In this document: piece by piece, positions 9,167 through 18,662 of the stretch | How positions within the stretch are numbered: position 1 is the stretch's first letter | Layout: every line of letters begins with the position of its first letter | Source of the DNA: Burkholderiales bacterium | GTDB taxonomy: Bacteria > Pseudomonadota > Gammaproteobacteria > Burkholderiales > Burkholderiaceae_D | Assembly (NCBI GenBank): GCA_043748965.1 | Contig: JAYVEF010000206.1 | Location: 630-64,629 of the forward strand | Length of the DNA: 64,000 nucleotides | Direction: 5' to 3' | Made by a program: the position numbers and the translations under genes | The notes under the pieces: model-generated | The model's input: the letters and a program-made list of their open reading frames with translations, nothing else | What the model was told of the DNA's origin: nothing | The model's database searches: none

Positions 9167-9718
9167 ATGCGTTACATCATGGTTTTGCCTGCGATCGTTT
9201 TACTGGCGTTTACAGGGCCCAGTTTTGCGGCCCTCGACATTGGTGAAAGCGCGCCAGATTTTCATACGACGGCTGCAGTTGATGGACAGGTTTTTCAGTA
9301 TTCGTTGAGCGACGCGCTGCGCAAGGGCCCGGTGGTGCTGTATTTTTTTCCTTCGGCGTTTTCGGATGGCTGCAGTATTGAGGCGCATCTGTTTGCCGAA
9401 GCAGTACCGCAATATCAGGCGCTGGGTGCCAGCGTGATTGGCATCTCGCGTGACGATATCGCGACACAAAAAAAGTTTTCGGTCAGCGAATGTCGGGGCA
9501 AGTTTGCGGTCGCGACAGATACCCAATTAAAGATCGCGCAGTCCTACGATTCAGTGATGACCAATCGGCCCGATTATGCCAACCGGATTTCATACGTGAT
9601 CGCTCCAGACGGCAAAATTCTATATCGGTACAGCAGTTTAAATCCGGACCGGCATGTCGAGAATACGCTGAGCGCTTTGCGCGAATGGCAGCAAAAGACC
9701 GATAAAAAGTCTGACTGA
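9167..9718 (+). CDS. Exported peroxiredoxin (BCP/AhpC-TSA family)
   Basis: Signal peptide; YFFPSAFSDGCSIEAH peroxidatic motif; RISYVIAPDG. Confidence 0.85.
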   Translation: MRYIMVLPAIVLLAFTGPSFAALDIGESAPDFHTTAAVDGQVFQYSLSDALRKGPVVLYFFPSAFSDGCSIEAHLFAEAVPQYQALGASVIGISRDDIATQKKFSVSECRGKFAVATDTQLKIAQSYDSVMTNRPDYANRISYVIAPDGKILYRYSSLNPDRHVENTLSALREWQQKTDKKSD

Positions 9719-9772
9719 GCACCGGGCGGCACAGGTATTCCTGACCAGGCCGCGACCACCGCGTCCACTACC

Positions 9773-12700
9773 TCAAAATACCGCCGGCGCTGCCGGGCAA
9801 CCGCGCCAGCTTGAACCAGGCGGAATGAATTCGCCCTTCATCACCAGAGTCAGCGCACCCAGCTTGGCATCGTCGCCGATCACTGCGCTGTACAGCACCG
9901 AACTGCGCGGCCCCATATAGACGCGTTTGCCGATGATGACGTGATCAATTTTCATGACACGGTCTTCGAACAGATGCGTCTGTGGACAGGCCAGAGCATT
10001 GATTTCGCTGTAGTCGCCAATGTGGGCGCAGTCGAATTCGGTGATGTCGGTGGTATCCAGATACACCCCGCGACCAATCTTGCAGCCGAGCACATTAAAG
10101 GCTATCGGCAGCATCGGCGTGCCGCGCAAATAATTCATGAAGTTCATGATGGCGACGCCTTCGTACAGACTGGAGACGCCTTCCGATAACCACACGAACG
10201 GGGTCCACATCGGCATGCTGCGCTTGCTGTAGCGCCCCAGCAAGGACCACTTTAAAATAGCGATGAACAGAAAAGTACCTAGCCCATACGCTAGTCCGGT
10301 CAGCGCCAGACTACGAATCACCGGCCACCACAGACCGTTTCCGGCTAGCGGCATCACGCCCAGCACGACGGTATAGCCCACTGCTGTGACGATGGCGTGC
10401 GGCGCGATGATGCGAAACCCTTCGATCAGGCCACGCGCCAGACGGCGTTGCGGCGATGGATGAAAGGTCAAATGCTCGGGAAAGCCGGTGACGGTTTCAC
10501 GGGCTGGCAAATTGATCGGTGGGGAGCCGAGCCAGGTGTCACCATCGCGCATTTGATGATTTTCGGGCGCGCGTGAATAGACACCGATCAGGACGTTTTC
10601 AGGTAGCGTGGTGCCATCGGCGATATAGGCGCAATTGCCGACAAAGCTGCGCCGCGAGATGACCGTCGGCTGCATTGTCATCCAGCCGCCGTCGATCCCT
10701 TCGTCGCCCAGCAGAACCGCGTCGGCGATAAAGGTTTCGTCACCTAGCGTGAGCATGTCGGGCACTACACCGAGTGCGGTGGAAATTTCGGCATCGCGAC
10801 CCACTTTGGCACCGAGCAGGCGATACCAGATCGGCGCAAAAATCGTCGCGTAAACCCCGTGCAGCACGTGCAGGCTGGATTCCTGAATCTGGTTTACCAG
10901 CCATTTTCGGCAGTACACGTTGCTATGCACGGGCCAGCATCCCGGCACCAGTTTTGGCAGCAGTCCCCAGCGAATGCCGGCCGACAGCAATGCGGTGCAC
11001 AGAATCAGAACAGCCGCCGCCGGAAACGCCATGATGAAATATTTAGCCAGCTGAAACGGTACGTTGGAGCTCTGCAGCCAAGGAAACCGATCGGCGTCGT
11101 CGAGCCAGTCGATCAGGATGAAGCTGGGGAATACCGGCATGAAAAATAGTGTTGTAATCACCAGCGCGCCGATCACAAAATACACCGCTTCGCCAGCCAG
11201 GCGGGCGTTACTGACCGGTTGGCGCGGGGGAACGGATTGCATGTCGAAGGCGCCGGTATCGCGCGCTGGTGAGCCGCTCCAGTTGCGTCCGGACGGGATC
11301 ACCATGCCATCGCTCAGCGCCGACTGTGCGTCGAGGTGACCGTACGCGCCGATGTATGTGTTGCCTTCCAAAACTGAATACGAACCGACACAGGTATTCT
11401 CGGCTAACGTGATGGCGCCGATGATCAACCGGCCGTGCTGGACCCGAGCGTTTTCGAAATTGGTGGCATTACCGATACTGCAGCCTGCCCCGACCGTCAG
11501 CAAATGCGGTACTCGCAGCGTCATCGATCCGATGATCACGTCACGCCCGATGGTTGCACCAAGTGCGCGCAACCAGCCGTTATAGAGTGATGAGCCACTC
11601 AGCAGGTAGGTCGGCGCTGATTCCACAATCCGGTCGGCTAGCCACCAGCGATAGTAGGTCAGTCCCCATAGCGGATAGCTGCCCGGCTGCAGTCGCCGCA
11701 CCAGAAAAAGATGTGCGCTGATGGCGGCGCCGAACTCGAGTAGCGTGCTCAGCATGAATACCCCGACCGAAATCCCGATCGCCAGCACAATCGAGTCACC
11801 CGGGTCGCCGGTAAAGAAGTGATAGGTAAAAAACGGTGCCAGCCATTGCGCCATGCGTAACGCCACCAGCGGCGGAATTGCGACAGCTTGGGCTGCGCCA
11901 CACAGCCAACGTCGCCACGCCGCCGGCGGAGTCCAGGGCGTGGCCACTAGCGGCGCCGGTGCTGCGATCGACAGTACGTCGGCGATTTTGCCGATCAGTC
12001 GGTTGCGATAGATATCGCTTACCGTGATGTGGGCATAACGCGGATCTGCGCGCAACGCCGAGGCCAGCCTCGCCGCAAATAGGGAGTGGCCGCCGAGGTC
12101 ATCAAAAAAATCCAGCTGGCGCCGAATCGACTGCCCAGGAAAGAGTTTTGCCAACGCGCCGAATAGTGCCGCTTCGGCCGGACTGGCAGGGATGTCGGCA
12201 GCGCCATCGGTGGCGGTACTGATCTGCAAACGGCGAGCCTTTAATGCATTGCGATCGATCTTGCCAGAGGTCAGCCGGGGCACCTCGGCCAGCACTTCGT
12301 ACAGGCCCGGCACCATGTACGGCGGCAAAATCTGCGCTAGTGCGGCGCGCAATTCTGCCGCGACCAGCGTCGCATCGGTCTTGGCCACCAGGAAAGCAAT
12401 TAGCTGGTCGATGCCGTTCTCCTGGCGCAGCAGCACCGCTGCGGTACCGACACCGGGCTGCTGCGCCAGTACGGCTTCGATTTCGCCCAGCTCGACCCTG
12501 AATCCGCGAATCTTGACCTGCGAATCGGTGCGACCCAGACAGTCGACATTGCCGTCTGCATCGATGCGCGCCAGATCACCGGTTCGGTACAGTCGCGTAT
12601 CGAAGGCATCGATCGACCACGGATTGTCCAGAAATTTTTCAGCCGTCAGTTCAGGGCGGCCGAGATAGCCAACCGCCACGCCGCGACCGGTAATGCAGAG

Positions 12701-13774
12701 CTCACCGAGCTCGCCGCGCGGCAGTAGTGTCAGCGGTTTGGTCGGGTCAGGATCGAGAATCAGCAAGCCATAGTTGGGCAATGGTCGGCCGATCGTGACG
12801 GGGTGATTCAGATGTAGTTCGGCCAGACTGGCAGACACCGTGGCTTCGGTCGGACCGTAGGTGTTGAACAGCTGGCGGCCTGGTCTGAGCCAGCGAGTGA
12901 CCAGTGTCGCCGGACACATTTCACCGCCCAGATTGATGATCCGAAGCGTCGCGACATCCTGACTGAACAGCGCCAGCAATGTCGGTACCGCGTGCAGTAC
13001 CGTGACACGATTGTCGGCCAGCGCGCGTGGCAAGACGTCGGGATCGGTGGCGACCTCACGCGGGGCTAACCAGAGGGTTGCGCCGACCAGATAGCTGATC
13101 CAGATTTCTTCGAACGACATGTCGAAGGCGACCGAAAACCCCTGATACACGCGGTCGGTGGCGCACACGCCAAGCACCGAATTTTCACTACGCAAAAAGT
13201 GGCAGATAGCACCTTGGCTGATTTCAATGCCTTTTGGTTTGCCGGTTGACCCGGACGTATAGATGACATACGCCGGTGCATCGTTGGGTACGACCGCGCG
13301 GCGCAGTGTGGCGGGCGTTTGCAGCAGCGTCTCGACCTGCCAGTGCGTGCCGGGCAGGGTCGCAAGGCCGGCAGCAAACTGGACGCAACTGACGATTCCG
13401 GCGGCATTGGCGTCGCTCAGGCAAAGTGCGATTCGTTCGGGCGGGGTGTCGGCGTCGAACGGCAACCAGCCTGCACCGCTTTTGGCAATCCCGAGCTGGG
13501 CGATCAGTAGTTCGATACCGCGCGGCAGCCACAGTCCGACCAGCTGCCCCGGTCCGACGCCGGCAGCGATCAGCCCGGCCGCAACGCAGTCCGCAGCCCG
13601 ATCAAGTTCGTTATAGGTCAGCTGGCGCTGCACGAAAATCAGGGCAATTTGGTCTGGATTCCGGGCGACGGTTGCTTCGAACAGATCGGCCAGGGATTCA
13701 TTCCGGATCAGATCCGGTTCGACGGGGCCACGCAAAATGTCGGCAGGCGTGGCGGGGCGCAAGGAGGAGTTCAT
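9773..13774 (-). CDS. Pls/PosA-family NRPS-like amino-acid homopolymer synthetase (A-T-three membrane-associated terminal domains)
   Basis: A domain (YTSGSTGKPKG, YGPTE, YRTGDL, LTSGKIDR); T domain DFFDDLGGHSL; three repeats of TM pair plus (R)LLGAKIG-type beta-helix, each ending in W.GSP/W.GCPA; QTHLFEDR near the C-terminus. No C or TE domain. Confidence 0.92.
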   Translation of the reverse strand: MNSSLRPATPADILRGPVEPDLIRNESLADLFEATVARNPDQIALIFVQRQLTYNELDRAADCVAAGLIAAGVGPGQLVGLWLPRGIELLIAQLGIAKSGAGWLPFDADTPPERIALCLSDANAAGIVSCVQFAAGLATLPGTHWQVETLLQTPATLRRAVVPNDAPAYVIYTSGSTGKPKGIEISQGAICHFLRSENSVLGVCATDRVYQGFSVAFDMSFEEIWISYLVGATLWLAPREVATDPDVLPRALADNRVTVLHAVPTLLALFSQDVATLRIINLGGEMCPATLVTRWLRPGRQLFNTYGPTEATVSASLAELHLNHPVTIGRPLPNYGLLILDPDPTKPLTLLPRGELGELCITGRGVAVGYLGRPELTAEKFLDNPWSIDAFDTRLYRTGDLARIDADGNVDCLGRTDSQVKIRGFRVELGEIEAVLAQQPGVGTAAVLLRQENGIDQLIAFLVAKTDATLVAAELRAALAQILPPYMVPGLYEVLAEVPRLTSGKIDRNALKARRLQISTATDGAADIPASPAEAALFGALAKLFPGQSIRRQLDFFDDLGGHSLFAARLASALRADPRYAHITVSDIYRNRLIGKIADVLSIAAPAPLVATPWTPPAAWRRWLCGAAQAVAIPPLVALRMAQWLAPFFTYHFFTGDPGDSIVLAIGISVGVFMLSTLLEFGAAISAHLFLVRRLQPGSYPLWGLTYYRWWLADRIVESAPTYLLSGSSLYNGWLRALGATIGRDVIIGSMTLRVPHLLTVGAGCSIGNATNFENARVQHGRLIIGAITLAENTCVGSYSVLEGNTYIGAYGHLDAQSALSDGMVIPSGRNWSGSPARDTGAFDMQSVPPRQPVSNARLAGEAVYFVIGALVITTLFFMPVFPSFILIDWLDDADRFPWLQSSNVPFQLAKYFIMAFPAAAVLILCTALLSAGIRWGLLPKLVPGCWPVHSNVYCRKWLVNQIQESSLHVLHGVYATIFAPIWYRLLGAKVGRDAEISTALGVVPDMLTLGDETFIADAVLLGDEGIDGGWMTMQPTVISRRSFVGNCAYIADGTTLPENVLIGVYSRAPENHQMRDGDTWLGSPPINLPARETVTGFPEHLTFHPSPQRRLARGLIEGFRIIAPHAIVTAVGYTVVLGVMPLAGNGLWWPVIRSLALTGLAYGLGTFLFIAILKWSLLGRYSKRSMPMWTPFVWLSEGVSSLYEGVAIMNFMNYLRGTPMLPIAFNVLGCKIGRGVYLDTTDITEFDCAHIGDYSEINALACPQTHLFEDRVMKIDHVIIGKRVYMGPRSSVLYSAVIGDDAKLGALTLVMKGEFIPPGSSWRGCPAAPAVF

Positions 13775-13998
13775 GGGAGATCGGTCAGGGAGCGGTGAAG
13801 AAACGGTCAGGAATCGGGGCATCGATGCAAAAGCTTGCAACACGGTCGCATGCTAAACCTGAACGCCGTAGAGTTGACCGGAATCGGTAATTTGCGCCGG
13901 TGATGTTACACGGGACCTACGAAAATTGCCGAAGCATAGCAGTCGCCCGTCTTCCTGCGCCAGCAATCGCGCTGCTGCAGCGCGCAACAGGAAGGGAC

Positions 13999-14427
13999 CT
14001 ATTTGCCTTTTTTTGCGCGATCGAAAACCGGCCCCCACAGTGGGTGACCTTTTTCGCCGGCCGCCAGATCGAATGACGGATCAATGCGCAGGGCCCGCTC
14101 GAACTGCAGGCGGCATTGTGCGGTCTGGCCGCTAACGCAGTAACTGAATGCCAGATATTTAATGGCTTCGAGCTGCGTCGGCCTGTCATTGCGAGCCGCA
14201 TCGCTGGTCGTGCTCAGCCGCTTGATCGCGAGCGCATAATCGCCAGTGTTATAGGCGTCAATGCCGCCGGCCAGCAGAGTGTGCGACGTCGCCGCGACCG
14301 GTGGATTGCCGGTACGGGTATCCGCCTGGTCGGCGCGCGTGAACCGGTTGACGGCACTACAGCCGGCCAGTTGCACGCAGCCGGCAGCCAGCCATACAGC
14401 GCCGATACGGTTCAAGAGGGATCTCAT
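13999..14427 (-). CDS. tssQ: TssQ-family T6SS-associated lipoprotein (TPR-like)
   Basis: Lipobox LAGC; YNTGDY, KYLAFSYCV, CRLQFERAL, GEKGHPLWGPVF motifs. Confidence 0.75.
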   Translation of the reverse strand: MRSLLNRIGAVWLAAGCVQLAGCSAVNRFTRADQADTRTGNPPVAATSHTLLAGGIDAYNTGDYALAIKRLSTTSDAARNDRPTQLEAIKYLAFSYCVSGQTAQCRLQFERALRIDPSFDLAAGEKGHPLWGPVFDRAKKGK

Positions 14428-14469
14428 CGATTGATTCACGATATAAGGAGTGGGCAAAGATGCTGCGCG

Positions 14470-16098
14470 CTAGCGTTGCATCGCATCGGCTTTCCCTGCG
14501 CGAGAAAAATCATGTTCAATCGTGGTGGATTTGTTTTTGTAGATGGTGACTTCACTCACGTATTGCGGAAAATTTGTGTTCGTCAGCACGATCCGATGGA
14601 CCCCTTCAGCCAGGCTGAGTTTCTTGAGGGGCGGGGATACGCCGCGCAACACGCCATCGACCGTGATGGTTGCCCATGGCTTGACGTTGAAATGCGCGGT
14701 GCCAATGTCCACTCCCGGTCCCGGCTGGCTGGCCGTATCTGCGATAGTCGGCAGTGGCAGCTCGGTAATGATCTGGCCGGCGGTGAGGTTGGCAGCAGAA
14801 TCGCTGCCTGCTGGCACAGCCGGTATCGGCACTGGTAAACCTGCCGTATCAGCCGCCACGGCGGCTACAGGTGCCATTGACTTACTGTCGGGCATGGCGG
14901 CACTGGCGCTGCGGTTACGTCCGACATATGCGTAGCCGCCGAGCGCGATGATGATCAAACCGACCACGATAATCGCCAGCGCGGACCGGGTTAGCAAACG
15001 GGTCGCGTTATCTGCTCCCTGGCGTGATCGGCTGCGACGATCGTGGCTAGACCGTCTGGCGCGCGGCTGATCTGTGCCAGTGCGGGTTTTGGCACGCAGC
15101 GTCAGCGGTATGGCTGGCGCCGCCATACTGGCGACACCAGCGGTAGTGACATCGTCGATCTGCAGCAGTTGCCGAAACGCCGCAATGGTTTGCGGGCGCT
15201 GCTCCGGCCGGATCGCTAGTCCACGATCGATGGCGGCCAAGAACGCTTTGCTGAAGCCGGGGTACGTGCCACTCGCCAGCGGCGTCATGGTATCGGTCAC
15301 CATGCGCGCTACCGAGGTCGGCGGTGGCCGCTTCACGATCGCCAGATACATCACCGCCGCGAGTGAATAAATATCGGTCCACGCGCCCTGGGTCATGGTG
15401 CTGTCGTCGGCGTACTGTTCGATCGGCGCGTAACCCGGCTTTAAAATCACCGTCAACGATTGCGACATGTCACTAATTACCTGCCGCGCCGAACCAAAAT
15501 CGAGCAATACCGCTTCGCCGGTTTCCAGGATCAGGATATTATCGGGCGAGATATCCCGGTGCAGGACGTTTTCGTAGTATAGCGTCTCGAGCGCTTCCAG
15601 AATCGATTGCAGCATGGGCTTCAGCCATGCTTCGTTGACGCGACCCGGATCGCGCTGGACGATTTCCTTCAGCGTGCTGCCTTCGTAGTAGCGCATCGCC
15701 ATGTACGCAGTCTTGTTTTGCTCCCAAAAGCGGTGCACCTTGATCAGCGCCGAATGATCAAATTGAGCCAGCAGTCGCGCTTCGTTGATGAAGCTGCGCA
15801 GGCCCGTATCGAAGGTCGGCTGATGACGGCGCGCGCGCACCACGACATTGCCATCAGTACCGCGCAACGCGATCGAGGCGGGCATGTATTCTTTTACTGC
15901 GACCGGGCGCCGCAACGAATGGTCGAAGGTCATGTAGACAATGCCGAAACCACCTTCGCCGATGACACCGGTAATTTCAAATTCAGCCAGTCGGGTACCG
16001 ATGGGGAGGCAGTTTTCTGAAATGCTGTCGTCCGCCCCATTCAGGCTACTGGCGGCGTCGGTGCTGACACCATCGACAAAGCGTTCTGAACGACTCAT
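14470..16098 (-). CDS. Membrane-bound Ser/Thr protein kinase (PpkA-like) with C-terminal PEGA-like domain
   Basis: IGEGGFGIVY, AVKEY, HRDISPDNI, DFGSAR, GYAPIEQY; one TM; C-terminal VKPWATITVDGVLRGVSPPL. Confidence 0.9.
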   Translation of the reverse strand: MSRSERFVDGVSTDAASSLNGADDSISENCLPIGTRLAEFEITGVIGEGGFGIVYMTFDHSLRRPVAVKEYMPASIALRGTDGNVVVRARRHQPTFDTGLRSFINEARLLAQFDHSALIKVHRFWEQNKTAYMAMRYYEGSTLKEIVQRDPGRVNEAWLKPMLQSILEALETLYYENVLHRDISPDNILILETGEAVLLDFGSARQVISDMSQSLTVILKPGYAPIEQYADDSTMTQGAWTDIYSLAAVMYLAIVKRPPPTSVARMVTDTMTPLASGTYPGFSKAFLAAIDRGLAIRPEQRPQTIAAFRQLLQIDDVTTAGVASMAAPAIPLTLRAKTRTGTDQPRARRSSHDRRSRSRQGADNATRLLTRSALAIIVVGLIIIALGGYAYVGRNRSASAAMPDSKSMAPVAAVAADTAGLPVPIPAVPAGSDSAANLTAGQIITELPLPTIADTASQPGPGVDIGTAHFNVKPWATITVDGVLRGVSPPLKKLSLAEGVHRIVLTNTNFPQYVSEVTIYKNKSTTIEHDFSRAGKADAMQR

Positions 16099-16916
16099 GC
16101 GCGGTCCTGATTTTGATGCGGCACGAACCAGATCGCCTGTGCCGAAAAATTGTCGCGCTGGCGTGGCGAGGCATTGCTGTTGCCGTGCGCCCGCGCTACC
16201 ATCGATGCGAGCCAGTGTGCCACGTCGGGACTGGCGCTAAGGCACTCCAGCATGTCGGGCTCCGAAAGCCATTCCCATAAGCCATCTGTGCAGATCAGCA
16301 TTGCATCGGCTTCGTGCAGGTCGACAGGCGCAGGGGTGATCACGGGTGGGTTGTCACTATCCGGGCCGATTGCCGCAAACAGCACGCTGCGCTGCGGATG
16401 ATTGCGCACCTGATCGGCCGGTACATACCCGGCATCGACAAACTGCTGCACTAGGCTGTGGTCTTTGGTTACCTCCACCAGCTGGTTGGCGCGAAACAGA
16501 TATACCCGTGTATCGCCCAGATGGCCCCACAACACACAGCGGTTGTGCTGGTCGATCAGCACTACCGCGACAGTCGCACTCATGTCGGCGACGCGACTGT
16601 CCTGACGGCCTTGCGCAACCTGTCGGATCGCCTGATCGAGATACGACTGCAAGGCGCGCTGGCTGAACGACAGCTCGCGCAAAAAGCTGTCGATGATCGC
16701 ATTCACCACGAGTTTGGATGCAACCTCCCCGCCAATGTGGCCACCCGCGCCGTCGGATACGACAAAGCAGGCCATGCCGTCTCGCTGGGCCCGCCCGAGC
16801 GCATCCTGATTGGCGGCCCTGCCACCGACATCGGTAAGTTCGGCAAACTGCAACGCCAGCCCGGCCAGGCCCGGCAGGTAGGTGGTCACCACCGGCAGGT
16901 CAGGTTGATTCGGCAT
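16095..16916 (-). CDS. PP2C-family Ser/Thr phosphatase (PppA-like)
   Basis: GGRAANQD, SDGAGGH.GGEVAS, GDTRVY, TKDHS, CTDGLW, DNFS. Start 16916 overlaps the tagH end. Confidence 0.9.
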   Translation of the reverse strand: MPNQPDLPVVTTYLPGLAGLALQFAELTDVGGRAANQDALGRAQRDGMACFVVSDGAGGHIGGEVASKLVVNAIIDSFLRELSFSQRALQSYLDQAIRQVAQGRQDSRVADMSATVAVVLIDQHNRCVLWGHLGDTRVYLFRANQLVEVTKDHSLVQQFVDAGYVPADQVRNHPQRSVLFAAIGPDSDNPPVITPAPVDLHEADAMLICTDGLWEWLSEPDMLECLSASPDVAHWLASMVARAHGNSNASPRQRDNFSAQAIWFVPHQNQDRA

Positions 16917-17973
16917 CGCGTACGCGTTCGATTTCGGCTTCGTAAGCCAGCACGAACGCGTTGCCAAAATATTTTTGGAAGTCAGCGTGGACTTCACGAC
17001 GGGTCTGCTGATAGAGCGATTTTGACTGATCCCACATGCGGGCGGCACGCTTCGACGGCACCAGATTTTCGACAAAGCCGGATGCTGTGGTGCGTTGTTC
17101 GATGGTTTGCGGATCGAGTCGCTGCAACAGCGTGTCGATCACGCCATGCATGCCCGCCATAGTGCCTTTCTGGTGCGTCTGCAGATCGTTGAATGCATCC
17201 TGCACGGCTTCCACCGGGCCCATGAATCCGGGCATTTTTTTGCGTAACATTTGCATCAGTACGGCCTGACTGTCGGGCAGGAATTTGAGTGGATTATTGT
17301 TGCGCACCACGACCATCGTGACGTCTGCATTCACTTCGCGCTTGGTCATCGCGCGCGTGCTGACCATCTCGAAGGTCCCGTCGACAGCAGCGGCCAGCAG
17401 TTTCCCTATGGCTTCCATGAATTCTGGTGTGAGACCGGCGCTGACAGTCATCTCGGGAATCCCGGCGCCGCTCAAAAACGCCGCCAGCAGCGCGTTCTGG
17501 TCGTCGCCTGGCGGTGTGCTGTCGATGGCGTGCGTCAGCGCAGTGGGTGGCATGCTGGTTGTCGCCTCGGATGCGTTGGTCGCAGCCGCGTTGATCGGAG
17601 CCACCGACGCGCCAGACTGCTCGATGCGGCCCCCCGCAGCACGCTCGCTGACGGCTACCAGATGCGCCTCGGCGAATAGTACGTACGGGCCGACCTGTAG
17701 CTCGTCACTGGGCTTGAACGGGGTCTCGCGTTCGAACTGGAGTTCGGCGCCATTCAGGAGCACCGGGTTGGCTTGACTGAGACTCACGATCGTGTGGCGC
17801 TGACCGTCGCTTTTAACCAACGCTTGTACGCGGGATACCAAATGTTTCGGGTCCGGTAGAACAAAGAAATTTTCTTCGCTACGGCCGAGCGTGCCGCCAT
17901 CATGGTCAAAAATGGCCGACAGCGGTGCCAGAGAGCGTTGATTGTTGTAAGAGACGACAGTAATTTTGATCAT
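16900..17973 (-). CDS. tagH: T6SS-associated FHA domain protein TagH
   Basis: N-terminal FHA (LGRSEEN..VLPDP..VSRVQA); C-terminal TagH domain with NNPLKF, DLQTHQ, FGNAFVLAYE. Confidence 0.85.
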   Translation of the reverse strand: MIKITVVSYNNQRSLAPLSAIFDHDGGTLGRSEENFFVLPDPKHLVSRVQALVKSDGQRHTIVSLSQANPVLLNGAELQFERETPFKPSDELQVGPYVLFAEAHLVAVSERAAGGRIEQSGASVAPINAAATNASEATTSMPPTALTHAIDSTPPGDDQNALLAAFLSGAGIPEMTVSAGLTPEFMEAIGKLLAAAVDGTFEMVSTRAMTKREVNADVTMVVVRNNNPLKFLPDSQAVLMQMLRKKMPGFMGPVEAVQDAFNDLQTHQKGTMAGMHGVIDTLLQRLDPQTIEQRTTASGFVENLVPSKRAARMWDQSKSLYQQTRREVHADFQKYFGNAFVLAYEAEIERVRDAEST

Positions 17974-18329
17974 TGCACGGGCTCCGGAACCCGGGCATCC
18001 GGATCCGTTGAATCGTTCATGGGTAAGGACAGGATGGTCATGGAGCGCTCATACAACCCCGGTTCACGACCATTGTAGCCAATCCCTGCCGCTGCACAGC
18101 GTAAGTTAGTGTGAAGTTAATTCAAAAGTATCCGAACGACGCTGTTTGGGCGACTCCGCCCGTCCTAGGCCATCCGCAATTCTAGGGGTAAATGAGTTTC
18201 TTTGGAAAAACTTTATGTTGCATCTGGCCTTGGTTGACAACATTCGCGCAACCTCTGGCGCTAGCCACTCGGGCCATATGGAAGCAGCTAAAATCGATGC
18301 ATTCTGGCATTCCATTCAAAGGCGGCTCG

Positions 18330-18662
18330 ATGATTCCAACCTTCGCAACTCTGCTGGTATTCCAATCGATCGGCGAAGTGCTGTCCCATGCACTCGCGCT
18401 GCCGATCCCGGGCCCGGTGATCGGCATGCTGTTGCTGCTGGCGTATCTGATACTGCGGCGCGGCGCGGCCGACCAACTGACACCGACTTCGATGGCATTA
18501 CTGCGTCATCTGTCGTTACTGTTTGTTCCTGCCGGGGTCGGCATCATGGTGCACGCCCGACTGCTGGCGGCAGAGTGGCTGCCGATCACAGTTGCGTTGG
18601 TCGCTAGCACGGTGATTTCGATCGTGGTGACTGCCGCGGTCGTGCGCCGGTTGCAGCGATGA
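18330..18662 (+). CDS. cidA: CidA/LrgA family holin-like protein
   Basis: FQSIGE, LPIPGPVIGM, LLFVPAGVG. Confidence 0.85.
   Translation: MIPTFATLLVFQSIGEVLSHALALPIPGPVIGMLLLLAYLILRRGAADQLTPTSMALLRHLSLLFVPAGVGIMVHARLLAAEWLPITVALVASTVISIVVTAAVVRRLQR

Noticed and set aside
9773-13774. Classical multi-modular NRPS or siderophore cluster
   Set aside because: No condensation or thioesterase domains or tailoring genes; the architecture is single-module Pls-type.
13999-17973. Complete type VI secretion system
   Set aside because: Only regulatory and accessory genes are present; no structural components in the window.
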